Origin: a bacterium
GTDB taxonomy: Bacteria > Armatimonadota > UBA5829
Direction: 5' to 3'
NCBI GenBank assembly: GCA_021371935.1
Contig: JAJFVF010000022.1
Span: 220,419-284,418, forward strand
Length of the DNA stretch: 64,000 nucleotides
The translations under genes were made by a program, and so were the position numbers. Positions 48,705-58,547 of the stretch are shown piece by piece; within the stretch, counting starts at the first letter, position 1; each line of letters starts with the position of its first letter. The notes under the pieces are model-generated. The model made no database searches and was not told the origin of the DNA. It saw only the letters and a list, made by a program, of their open reading frames with translations.

Positions 48705-48780
48705 CGTAAGCTATCCCTCCAGGTAAGATACCTGGAGGGATAGCAATTCCTAATCACCACCAGAAAACAGAGAGGACAAC

Positions 48781-49617
48781 ATGAAAATAGGAGCGTTTTT
48801 GAGTTCGTTTGCGCTGGGAGTCGAGGACTCGCTCGCAAAGTGCAAAGAACTCGGGTTGGATGGAGTGCAGCTTTCCGATGTGAGAGGTGAGCTTTCGATA
48901 GAAGAGCTTACCGAGAGCAGCGCGGCGGACTGCAGGAGGCTGGTCGAATCCTACGGACTGAAGATAAGCGCGGTCTGTGGAGACATCGGCGGCAACCAGT
49001 TCACATGCGAAAGCGATGTGGACGAACGTATAGCTCGCACGAAACATATCATGAATATAACGCGAGCGTTGGGCTGCGAGATCGTGCAGACACACATCGG
49101 CGAGATTCCAAATGATCCCGATGCGAAAGAATGGCGCGTGATGCAGTATGCAATGGATATCTTGGGCGAATATGGTGATAAGATCGGCTGCTTCCTGGCT
49201 ACCGAAACCGGTCCCGAAGAACCGGCGCTCATGAAAAAATTCCTCGACACTATCAAGCACGATCTAATTAAGGCCAACAATGATCCGCAAAATCTGCCCG
49301 CCACATTCCTTGTGCAACACGCTGTAAAACACGATTCAATTAAGGTCAACTATGATCCCGCCAACCTTGTAATGAACGGGTTCGATCAGATCGGTGGAGT
49401 CGGCATTCTCGCTGATTATATCGTTCATACTCACGCCAAAGACGGGATCAAACACGGCGGCGAGGTTCCTCTTGGAGAGGGGGCAGTCAATTTCCCTGCC
49501 TATCTTAAGGCGTTGAAGGATATAGGTTATGATGGGTTCTTCGTGATTGAAAGAGAGACCGGACCAAACCCTGTTGATGACATAGCAATGGCTGCCAACT
49601 TCCTCAGAAGTTTGTAA
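48781..49617 (+). CDS. Sugar phosphate isomerase/epimerase (xylose-isomerase-like TIM barrel)
   Basis: AP-endonuclease-2 / TIM barrel pattern with conserved E/H/D positions (…QTHIGEIP…HTHAKDG…). Confidence 0.75.
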   Translation: MKIGAFLSSFALGVEDSLAKCKELGLDGVQLSDVRGELSIEELTESSAADCRRLVESYGLKISAVCGDIGGNQFTCESDVDERIARTKHIMNITRALGCEIVQTHIGEIPNDPDAKEWRVMQYAMDILGEYGDKIGCFLATETGPEEPALMKKFLDTIKHDLIKANNDPQNLPATFLVQHAVKHDSIKVNYDPANLVMNGFDQIGGVGILADYIVHTHAKDGIKHGGEVPLGEGAVNFPAYLKALKDIGYDGFFVIERETGPNPVDDIAMAANFLRSL

Positions 49618-49646
49618 TGAAAACGGCCCGGCTTCAAAGAGCCGGG
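49611..49646. terminator. Bidirectional rho-independent terminator between convergent isomerase and MFS genes
   Basis: AAAACG GCCCGGCT-TCAAAG-AGCCGGGC TTTTTAT, with an A-tract and T-tract on either side. Confidence 0.65.
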
Positions 49647-49650
49647 CTTT

Positions 49651-51138
49651 TTATTGAGCGTTTTCTGACTCCAGCGCGGTATCAGTCTCTTGGTTGACCG
49701 CATGCGTATGCCTCAGTGCCAGCTCGTCCTCTTCAAACCTGGGAGGAAGGAAACTGTCGTCACCGCCCAACTTCAACCACAGCTTATACAGTTTGACCCT
49801 GAAAAAGAACGAAAGGCCACCAAACACCAGAATCCATATAAAGAAAAACCGGTAATAATAATCGCCGCCGAGGTGCAGGTGATGCCCGCTGAAGAACTTC
49901 AGCCAATCCATATAATAGCCGCATAGGAATCCCACGATCATCATCACAAATGAGCGAAGAACCGCATTGGCACTGGAAAACTGGCCGTATCTCGTGTGAG
50001 GCAGCAGTCTCATAAACAAAGGCAGCTCGGATGCTGTCAGCACCACACTTACCGGCAGAGTAATGGCAGTTATTATGATGGTTAATGTCAAAACCATATG
50101 ATGGCGCATGTGCAAAAAGAAAATTGCGTTCAGCGGGACAAATATCAATGTCCAGGCCATGGCCGTCATACCGACCCGTATCGGGTGTTTCTTGTCGACA
50201 TAATAGCCTGCGGGTATGAGGAGCAGCGTCGCGACCACACCGGCCACACCACCAATGATCCCCATCTCTTTCATGGTAAGCCCTATATCCAGGTTTCGGA
50301 AGACAACGAAGGTGTTTACGGCAAGTGACGCCATCCAGAATGCGTTGGACAGATAGAAATACCAGTAGAATTTGTGGCAGTAAGATTCCTTAAAGAAAGT
50401 TTTGATCCCCGCGAAAGTGGAGTTTCTGCTCTTCTCCATCTTGGGGGCAGGGGGATACTCACCCTCTTTGACATTCAGACACATGGCCAAAAAACCGACA
50501 AAATAGAGAATGCCGAACCCGACAAAAATTTGGGTGGAATGACTCCTGGCATACTGAAAGATGAAAAAACTGAAAAAAGCGCCGGCAGCAGTGCCCACAG
50601 CTCTAAAGAGTGCCATAAATCTGCCCAGATGCTCCTGCGGAACCACATCATTAAACAAATAATAATAGACCGAACCGACGATCATATTAAAAAACTGATA
50701 GCCCGCCACTAAAACCGCTATCAGGCCGATAGTCAGCGCAACTTCGGAAGAAACGCTGTGGTGGAAGAAGTGAGTAAAGAAAAACCTGCCGATCTGTCTG
50801 GAAAAACCGGTCAATACAAGAAACAGACCCACAAAAGGCGTAGAGAAAATCAAATAGGGAATTCGCCTGCCGAATCTGCTGCGGTATCGGTCACTCATGA
50901 AACTAACGACAGGACACACGGTCAGATTGAACGCATTGGCGATTGTGTTGATGTAGGTTGAGATAATCAGATTGGAAGCGCCCAGGCTCTTGAGCATAAA
51001 CGGCAATACCGAAGGCTCGACCGTCTCCATTAACGTAAAGCAAAAGTCACCCCACAGCAGCCATATGAAGAGCACGACAAGCGCACGCTTTGTATATTCC
51101 AGAGTTCCGACTCGATACGTGGTAGACGCAGTGGACAT
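49651..51138 (-). CDS. MFS transporter, glycoside-pentoside-hexuronide (GPH)-type sugar:cation symporter
   Basis: 12 TM pattern, about 495 aa, MFS_2-like loops. Adjacent to the sugar catabolic genes. Confidence 0.6.
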   Translation of the reverse strand: MSTASTTYRVGTLEYTKRALVVLFIWLLWGDFCFTLMETVEPSVLPFMLKSLGASNLIISTYINTIANAFNLTVCPVVSFMSDRYRSRFGRRIPYLIFSTPFVGLFLVLTGFSRQIGRFFFTHFFHHSVSSEVALTIGLIAVLVAGYQFFNMIVGSVYYYLFNDVVPQEHLGRFMALFRAVGTAAGAFFSFFIFQYARSHSTQIFVGFGILYFVGFLAMCLNVKEGEYPPAPKMEKSRNSTFAGIKTFFKESYCHKFYWYFYLSNAFWMASLAVNTFVVFRNLDIGLTMKEMGIIGGVAGVVATLLLIPAGYYVDKKHPIRVGMTAMAWTLIFVPLNAIFFLHMRHHMVLTLTIIITAITLPVSVVLTASELPLFMRLLPHTRYGQFSSANAVLRSFVMMIVGFLCGYYMDWLKFFSGHHLHLGGDYYYRFFFIWILVFGGLSFFFRVKLYKLWLKLGGDDSFLPPRFEEDELALRHTHAVNQETDTALESENAQ

Positions 51139-51286
51139 TCTATACTCTTTCTGGGAAGTCTTGTTGTTTGATTATAGCAGAAACAACCTGATATTTAACA
51201 GTAGCTTACAAAAGAATGAATTACAGGCAGTCATAGGGAAGAGTAATAGTGTGACGAAAACAATACATATGTAAGGGTGATTGTCG

Positions 51287-53638
51287 ATGCGTAGAGTTGC
51301 ATTCTTGGCATTATTATTGACCATAGTCATAACACAGACTGCTTTCGCGAGCGGTAATTTCCAAGTCTGGGTCTCCGACCCGCTCGTCAACATTATGCAG
51401 GACACCGCAAAACCGTCCATCACACCAACCCAGATCAACGTGACCGCGGCGCGAAATGAATACGAAAGCGCGCAGGTCGTGGTTACGCCATCATCCGACA
51501 TAACTGCACTCACTGCGAGCGTAAGCTCAATATCCGGTCCGGCAAACCCGAAGCCGACGGTATCGTTGAACTTCGTGGGATATGTGCCGGTGGAGCATGG
51601 CACGCCATACACGCCGTCAGAAAACCTGGTCGCCACTGCCCCGACCAGCTTTCCCGATCCGCTGCTGGAATCGACTTCTGTCTCAGTGACAGCACCCAAC
51701 AATCAGCCGATCTGGCTGACTGTACGCATTCCACTTAACGCCAAACCGGGAACGTATACAGGCACTGTGACAGTCATCGGCGACGGCACGTCGATATCCG
51801 TCCCATTGATGATAAACGTAGCCTCGGCAATTCTGCCCGACAAACGCACGTTCAAATGCACAAATTGGCTCAGTTATGACCCAATTGCGGATTATTACAA
51901 TACGTCTCTGTGGAGCACGAAATATTGGACTCTTGTATCGGCGTATGCTCAGTGTATGGCAAAACACCGAATGAATGTGCATCTTACGCGGATAAACAAA
52001 CTCATTGTGGGTCACCAGGACGACGGTGGCAACCTCACATTCGACTTCACGCGGTTCGACAAATGGGTTCAGACATTTCTGGATGCGGGCGCGCTCGATA
52101 TTATCGAGGGTGGGCACCTCTCCGGCAGAAAGAGTTGGGAGGGAACGGACTATTATGTATGGTATCCCGACATATACGACACAGGCGGCAGCAATGTCAG
52201 ACCACACAATATAATCGCCACTTCCGACCAGGCCAGGCAATTTTTCTCCGTATATCTGCCCGCAGTCCAGCAGCACCTTATCGACAAGGGCTGGATCGAC
52301 ATGTATATCCAGCACGTGGGAGACGAACCGCTTTCGCAGAGCGCGGCAAGCTATAGGAACGTGGCAGCAATAGTCCGCCAATATGCTCCACAGCTCAAGA
52401 TAGTGGATGCGGTCGAGACCACTGATCTTGTCGGCGCAATCGACATATGGGTCCCCCAGCCCCAGGACTACGCCGCCAATTCGACTTTTTATGAACAGAG
52501 AAAAGCCGCGGGCGATGAGGTTTGGATATACACATGTCTGACGCCCAAGGGTCTGTATATGAACCGGTTCGTCGATTACCCACTGATCGACACCCGGCTT
52601 CTGCACTGGGCAAACTATAAATACAAACTTCCCGGTTATCTGCACTGGGGGTTCAACGCATGGCACGGTGACCCGTTCACCAACATTGAGATGAATTATG
52701 GCTCTACCACAACCGCATTCGATCCGCCGGGTGATACTCATATAGCCTATAAGGCCACCAACGGCCCTATGAGTTCCATTAGGCTTGAAGCGCTGAGAGA
52801 TGGGATCGAGGACTATGAATTGCTCAAGCTCCTGGAAAAGACGAACCCGACCAGGGCGCAGTTGATTTGCGACTCCGTGGTTACATCCTGGACAAGTTAC
52901 ACGCGCGACCCGGCGACATTCCGTGCGGCGAGGGCACAGCTATTGTCTTCACTGACTGAAAATGCAGTCGATGTCACGCAGGTCAAGTCACTTCCCGCAG
53001 GCAGCAGTGTGTTTCTGACGAATGGAGTGATCACAGGCGATCTCAGACCTCCATCCGGCAGCCTGGACTTGTTCTATGTAGAAAAAGACGACCGCACGTC
53101 AGGCATAGGCATATTATCACCGGGCAGCGCGTCATATACGGCAGGTCAGCGTGCGGATATATTCGGAAAAACAAGCATTCTGGACGGTGCCGAGCTTGTT
53201 ATCGAGCCGGATGCGGTGTCTGTATGTTCCGGCACAGCCATTGGCGCCCTGGCAATGACCAATAAAGCATCAGGGGGTTCCGGTTTCGGCGATCAACCCG
53301 GTGTATATGACGATGCATCCCTGCCTGCGCCGATAAGTTCACTCGGCGCATCTTCCATAGGCAAACTGGTCAGGACCTGGGGCGAGGTTACAGGCTCCGG
53401 CGAAACGTTTCTGGGCACTGTGTTTTGGATAAACGACGGCTCCGACCTCAAGGACGGCTTCACGACTTCCCAGGGCAATGCATCCTCAGGGCTTGGAGTG
53501 CTGATGCCTCCCGGCCTGCTGTATATACCCTCCGGCTTTGTGACAGTGACCGGTATACTCCGCGCTGTCCCAAACCCATCGGGGCTGCCTGTAAGGCTGC
53601 TTGTTCCGCGTAACAACAGCAGTGATATCTCAAATTAA
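51287..53638 (+). CDS. Secreted hypothetical protein, possibly DUF4091/GH123-like glycoside hydrolase
   Basis: Signal peptide; motifs DEVWIYTC, GYLHWGFNAW, LRDGIEDYELL recalled from DUF4091-type proteins. Not verified. Confidence 0.3.
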   Translation: MRRVAFLALLLTIVITQTAFASGNFQVWVSDPLVNIMQDTAKPSITPTQINVTAARNEYESAQVVVTPSSDITALTASVSSISGPANPKPTVSLNFVGYVPVEHGTPYTPSENLVATAPTSFPDPLLESTSVSVTAPNNQPIWLTVRIPLNAKPGTYTGTVTVIGDGTSISVPLMINVASAILPDKRTFKCTNWLSYDPIADYYNTSLWSTKYWTLVSAYAQCMAKHRMNVHLTRINKLIVGHQDDGGNLTFDFTRFDKWVQTFLDAGALDIIEGGHLSGRKSWEGTDYYVWYPDIYDTGGSNVRPHNIIATSDQARQFFSVYLPAVQQHLIDKGWIDMYIQHVGDEPLSQSAASYRNVAAIVRQYAPQLKIVDAVETTDLVGAIDIWVPQPQDYAANSTFYEQRKAAGDEVWIYTCLTPKGLYMNRFVDYPLIDTRLLHWANYKYKLPGYLHWGFNAWHGDPFTNIEMNYGSTTTAFDPPGDTHIAYKATNGPMSSIRLEALRDGIEDYELLKLLEKTNPTRAQLICDSVVTSWTSYTRDPATFRAARAQLLSSLTENAVDVTQVKSLPAGSSVFLTNGVITGDLRPPSGSLDLFYVEKDDRTSGIGILSPGSASYTAGQRADIFGKTSILDGAELVIEPDAVSVCSGTAIGALAMTNKASGGSGFGDQPGVYDDASLPAPISSLGASSIGKLVRTWGEVTGSGETFLGTVFWINDGSDLKDGFTTSQGNASSGLGVLMPPGLLYIPSGFVTVTGILRAVPNPSGLPVRLLVPRNNSSDISN

Positions 53639-53743
53639 CACCATTCTACCAAAACACCACACGATTCTACCATATACTTATGCCTAATGTTGCATACAAT
53701 GAACAACATGCACAACCGTTACGTGCCGGTGGGAGTTATCGAC

Positions 53744-54496
53744 ATGAGAAAATGTAGAGGCTTTACCCTAATCGAACTGCTGGTGGTAATCGCAATCATT
53801 GCAATACTTGCGGCGATCCTATTACCCGTCCTCACAAACGCCAAACGCGCGGCATTGGGCGCCAAATGCATAAGCAACCTCAAGCAGGTCGGCTGTGCCA
53901 CCGCGATGTATATGTCGGATAACGGCAACAGATACCCTCCGTATAGAGTCCCAGACCCCCTTGGAACAACCTCGGAAGCAGGAGCATGGTATACTGCGGC
54001 CCTTATGTATTCCAAGACCAAACTTGTCTCACGATGCCCGCTAGACGGTGGAAAAAACGGCACCGATGCCGGGGCGCCGGATTATTGGCGCAATGCATAT
54101 ACCGATTACTGGGCGGGGCTTGCGTCATATAACACCTCTGTACCGCCGCCGCTGGAGACCGAGCTTGTATATAAGCGAAACACCGTTTATCTGATGGACG
54201 GCCCCATCGGTTCCAAAGAAGGCGCCACCATAAATGCGCAGCATAATTGGTACGGTCCTCCTACCTCTTGGGAACCCGATTATCAGGAAGCCGTAAACTC
54301 AGAAAAACGGCACGGAGGAGGGGCGAACGTGTTATTTTTGGACTGGCACGTGAAACTGGTCAGACCAAATGAGTGGAAATCTTCTGCTGCCAATTCAGCT
54401 CAAGGAGATCCCCTTAAAGAAAAACTCGGGATAAATATACCCGACCCGTGGTGCAATCGAAATGATGGCAGTCATCCGTGGTTTCGAGGAAACTAG
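53744..54496 (+). CDS. Prepilin-type N-terminal cleavage/methylation domain protein with DUF1559 (H-X9-DG) domain
   Basis: [23 protein letters not shown] class-III signal; C-terminal [15 protein letters not shown] motif. Confidence 0.8.
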   Translation: MRKCRGFTLIELLVVIAIIAILAAILLPVLTNAKRAALGAKCISNLKQVGCATAMYMSDNGNRYPPYRVPDPLGTTSEAGAWYTAALMYSKTKLVSRCPLDGGKNGTDAGAPDYWRNAYTDYWAGLASYNTSVPPPLETELVYKRNTVYLMDGPIGSKEGATINAQHNWYGPPTSWEPDYQEAVNSEKRHGGGANVLFLDWHVKLVRPNEWKSSAANSAQGDPLKEKLGINIPDPWCNRNDGSHPWFRGN

Positions 54497-54681
54497 TGCG
54501 ATTGCGCGTATCTCAGATCAGATTATGCGGGGGTAGTTGATTCGTGACGCTGCCCACACCGCACAATTCTCCTTCGAAAATGCGGAGCATTTTCGTTCCC
54601 TTCGTGGCGAACACAACAACACCGCGGAGCAGTCGCGAAAGTGTTCATGCCACGATTCCTAACAAGACTTTTGAGTGATTG

Positions 54682-56001
54682 TTAGTTATTCCCAAATTCA
54701 TCGATACCACTGGCAGCTTTGTGTGTATGCGGTGTATGTCTGATAAATGGCTTATCCGATACATAAAGCCAGCAACCACCACATATCAGACCTGCACCGA
54801 GATGGACAATCCCTAAAGGCATTATCAGTGATCGCTGGCAACAGGAAACAATGAGCATACCTATACTACCAGCCATACCCAGCGCAAAGTTTATCAGTGA
54901 TGATGCCGAACCCACAGCGTTATGCTCCTGCTCCAGCATCAGGTTCGTACTGGGTGGACGTATGATGCCACTGGCGAAGGACGCAGGTATGATAGAAAGA
55001 AGAAATGCCCAAGGACATAGATGACCAAGTAAGCAAATTGACAGGCCACTTACAGTCATCAGCCCAAAGCACACATTGATAATCGCCTTATTGTGCATGT
55101 GCCTTGACAGGTGCAGAAACAGTATTGGTCCCAATACTTGGCATATTGCATTGAGAGTAAAGAAGTAGCTGTAACCGAACTCACTGACTCTGAACTCCTT
55201 TATGTAGATAAAAGACGATGCTGAGATGTAAGCAAACATCGGCATCAGTACAAGCGAGAACGGCACGAGGAGCGAAGTAAAACCGGGGTTCTTCAGCACT
55301 ATACCCAACTGGCAAAACGTAGTGAAGATGCTGCCCTTATGACGTACAATAGCAGGCTCCCTTATAAATGAACTCCATACTATCGCCGCCACGCCCAACA
55401 TAGACACGACCCAGAATATGCCGCGCCAGGAAGTAAACTTCAAAATTAACGCTCCAAATACAGGTGCCACCATTGGGCCTACAAGCAGCATCGATTGTAT
55501 TATTACCAAGCATTTTTCTCTTTTTCTGCCGTGAAACATGTCTTTGGCGAGCGCGGTTGAAATTGCAGGTGTCGATGCACCTCCAACAGCCTGCAAGACC
55601 CTGCAAATGATCAGCTGCTGCGCATTGGCGCAGAATGAACACAGTATGGTCGACACGGCAAATATTGATAGGCCTGTGTAGAGCGTGGATTTGCGCCCGT
55701 ATTTATCGCTCAGTGGACCCCAAAGCAATGAAGTAATGCTGAAGCAGGCAAAAAACAGAGTCAGTGTAAGACTGATAATCTGTGTACTAGCATGGAGATT
55801 TCTTGCCATTACAGGCAAAGCTGGAAGATACATGTCCGTGGATAACGGAATGCATGCTGCCAATAGCCCGAGAAAACACATGGTACCTACACCGCCAGAC
55901 GGCTTCTGTTCTATGTGTGGCTCCTTGACTACTTCGTTTAAATCAACATATTCTTCCTCTGGCGGCCTACGGTCAATTGTGGTGTTCTCGGTTATGGGCA
56001 A
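54682..56001 (-). CDS. MFS efflux transporter, Bcr/CflA family
   Basis: LGLLAACIPLSTDMYLPALP and DKYGRK motifs. TTG start preceded by AGGAGGA, 14 nt after the TetR stop. Confidence 0.75.
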   Translation of the reverse strand: MPITENTTIDRRPPEEEYVDLNEVVKEPHIEQKPSGGVGTMCFLGLLAACIPLSTDMYLPALPVMARNLHASTQIISLTLTLFFACFSITSLLWGPLSDKYGRKSTLYTGLSIFAVSTILCSFCANAQQLIICRVLQAVGGASTPAISTALAKDMFHGRKREKCLVIIQSMLLVGPMVAPVFGALILKFTSWRGIFWVVSMLGVAAIVWSSFIREPAIVRHKGSIFTTFCQLGIVLKNPGFTSLLVPFSLVLMPMFAYISASSFIYIKEFRVSEFGYSYFFTLNAICQVLGPILFLHLSRHMHNKAIINVCFGLMTVSGLSICLLGHLCPWAFLLSIIPASFASGIIRPPSTNLMLEQEHNAVGSASSLINFALGMAGSIGMLIVSCCQRSLIMPLGIVHLGAGLICGGCWLYVSDKPFIRHTPHTHKAASGIDEFGNN

Positions 56002-56015
56002 TTCTACTTATCCTC

Positions 56016-56642
56016 CTATTTCACTATCAGAAAACACGACTTAATGAAGTCCTTTGCACCCCGGACTGAGGCACGACTATTCAACTCATTCTTATCCAAA
56101 AGGCAAAACGAGACCATGCCGACTATCATGTTTGCCAAGGCGCGGGGTGAGACTTCGGAAGGGCGTAAACCCTGGTCACGCTGTATTAACTCAGCAATCA
56201 TCTCTAGATTTGCACTAATCCGATCTCGAGCATAATCAGCTGTCGGATTTTCCATGTTGGCTATCTCTCGCTGGATTATACGCATCACATATGTGTGCTG
56301 ATAGAACAAATCAAAAAAGAAATCTATGAAACGAGCTACCAGTCCGGATGCAGTTGGACCGGATGCGAGAAGAGCGCGCAACTCTTGCTCTTCGACATCA
56401 AAACAGCCTGATACGATAGCCTGCAAGAGACCCTGCTTACCACCAAAATAGTGGTTGATAAGTGATATATTGCAGTCTGCCTGTGCAGCTATTTCACGAG
56501 TGCTTGTGCCATCATACCCTTGCTTGGCAAACAACTCCGTGGCGGCGTCAATGAGTCTGGCTTTCGTATCGATTGAAGTCTTATCATTTGAATGCGTGTC
56601 GTTCATAGGTATAGTATAAGCCAACAGACAGCAATTTGTCAA
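56016..56642 (-). CDS. TetR/AcrR-family transcriptional regulator (co-operonic with Bcr-type MFS)
   Basis: HTH ATELFAKQGYDGTSTREIAAQADCNISLINHYF. The start may be the internal Met at 56606. Confidence 0.8.
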   Translation of the reverse strand: MTNCCLLAYTIPMNDTHSNDKTSIDTKARLIDAATELFAKQGYDGTSTREIAAQADCNISLINHYFGGKQGLLQAIVSGCFDVEEQELRALLASGPTASGLVARFIDFFFDLFYQHTYVMRIIQREIANMENPTADYARDRISANLEMIAELIQRDQGLRPSEVSPRALANMIVGMVSFCLLDKNELNSRASVRGAKDFIKSCFLIVK

Positions 56643-56822
56643 TCAATCGTTTGATTATATAATTCACTTGACGGCATATGATACAGGCTGAAAAGCCATA
56701 AATCGGCTGATAACCGGCAGTGGGGATGGTGTTATTGCGGAGTTCGGACTAATCTTTGGACAAAAAGCAGAGGATATGCTCACCAGGCGTCCAGTGAACA
56801 TTTTCCTCTGCGAATGTGCGAC

Positions 56823-57278
56823 TTAAGCCGTTGTTTTCTCAACCAATGTAGTGATACTTTCTTCGGACATGCCGAGTACAGCAGACAGCTCTTCACCAAG
56901 TAACTTTTTGGCATGTTTTAGCTGACGCTGCTGAGTTACCCTGGGGTAACGTGTTTTAGGTTGTATTACTCCATGCCGGATAGCACGAGCAAGATCAATG
57001 GGATCAGACCAACTTATTTCATGCTCTTCGGAGCAGAGGCTGGTATCGTCCGATTCGCCGGAAAGTATACTTACTGCTTGCTGAAGTTCTTCAGCGGTGG
57101 CCAGCGGCCGAACACCGATTTCGTCCACCGCCTCTACTGCCACCAGGATTGTTGAGGATATGGATGGTTTGGGAATAACAAAATAATCCCTGGCTTTGCC
57201 GTCTTTCAGGCGTTTCTCAATCGACTCTATAACACACACGCCATATCTAGGATGTAAAACTGTGTCACCGATTTCCAT
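56823..57278 (-). CDS. CarD/CdnL-family RNA-polymerase-binding transcription factor
   Basis: N-terminal Tudor-like RID MEIGDTVLHPRYGVCVIESIEKR…DYFVI plus a C-terminal helical domain. Confidence 0.8.
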   Translation of the reverse strand: MEIGDTVLHPRYGVCVIESIEKRLKDGKARDYFVIPKPSISSTILVAVEAVDEIGVRPLATAEELQQAVSILSGESDDTSLCSEEHEISWSDPIDLARAIRHGVIQPKTRYPRVTQQRQLKHAKKLLGEELSAVLGMSEESITTLVEKTTA

Positions 57279-57758
57279 GCTGGGAAATCGCCCCCTTTCA
57301 AGACTCTCTGTCTATTGACGATTCCAATATCGTTCGCCATACGGACGAGAGACAAATGCAAATCGCTTGAGTGTGCGCTTACTACAGGTTGTGGTCTACG
57401 CTATTGCCCAGGCCATATATAGTATTATAGCCTCATTCCGCGTATGTGTCAAGCAATAGACATACATGACTTGTATATACTTATATTGCGGTATATGTTG
57501 TAAATATACAGGGCTAGTCACAAATGTAGATGCAAAATGGCGATAATATATATAAGATATGGAATGAATATAGATATAATGGTGGGGTATACGTGTATAA
57601 CCTATGCACATCTGCACGCTAAAATGTGTAATAAAAAAGAGGATAATTAAGAATTCAATAGTGCACTCGAAAATCCGGTCGAAGTAAAGGGGATCAATTC
57701 GATTGTGCATGACGCCAATAGATGTGTGTTCGTGATAAGCATCACCAAGATTGGGTAA

Positions 57759-58547
57759 TCAGCGTCTCGAAATCACATTGTCCAACAGGAGTTTGTGCAG
57801 AGTTGGGTTGGCGGTAAGAATTTCAATATCGGGGTTGCAAAGGTCTAGCGGGTCGCCATGGAAGTCCGACACTACTCCCCCAGCCTCCTCGACTATCAAT
57901 ATGCCCGCGGCTACATCCCACGGATTCAGGCCGCCCTGCATATAGGCATGAAGCCTTCCGGCAGCAATATACGCCAGCACCAGAGCTGCTGAACCTAATC
58001 GCCTGAAATAGGACGTGTCGCGGCTGATCTGCTCGATATAATCGACAAACATCTCACGGTCCACTTTGCGCCTTACCCAGCTCACCGAGACCAGACTGTC
58101 CTCCAGAGACTCCTGTGCGGATACATGAATCCTCTCACCATTCAAATAGGCTCCGCCGCCGTGATTGGCAAAATACATTTCATCGTGAATCGGGTCGTAG
58201 ATGACACCCATTTCGGGCTTGCCGTCAGCAGTAACTGCAATCGAAACACAGAAGAAGGGAATGCCGGTCATATAGTTTCGAGTGCCGTCGAGCGGGTCGA
58301 TTATCCATACCCTGCCACTGTCACCCTCACCGACCACCCCGCTCTCCTCCGATAGGATGCGGTCATTGGGGTATTGTTCGCGGATGCGGTCTATTACGAA
58401 TTTTTCAGAGGCTATATCTACCTCAGTAACTATATCTCCAAGGTCTGCTTTTGTACGCCATTTTTTGACTGCATGAAATTTGTCTCTTATAATCTCACCC
58501 GCGCCCAGCGCGAGGTCTTTCATAAAATCTTCCTGCTGCAAACTCAC
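57759..58547 (-). CDS. Inositol monophosphatase-family protein (SuhB/IMPase)
   Basis: WIIDPLDGT metal-binding motif, …VSWV…GG…. Confidence 0.85.
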   Translation of the reverse strand: MSLQQEDFMKDLALGAGEIIRDKFHAVKKWRTKADLGDIVTEVDIASEKFVIDRIREQYPNDRILSEESGVVGEGDSGRVWIIDPLDGTRNYMTGIPFFCVSIAVTADGKPEMGVIYDPIHDEMYFANHGGGAYLNGERIHVSAQESLEDSLVSVSWVRRKVDREMFVDYIEQISRDTSYFRRLGSAALVLAYIAAGRLHAYMQGGLNPWDVAAGILIVEEAGGVVSDFHGDPLDLCNPDIEILTANPTLHKLLLDNVISRR

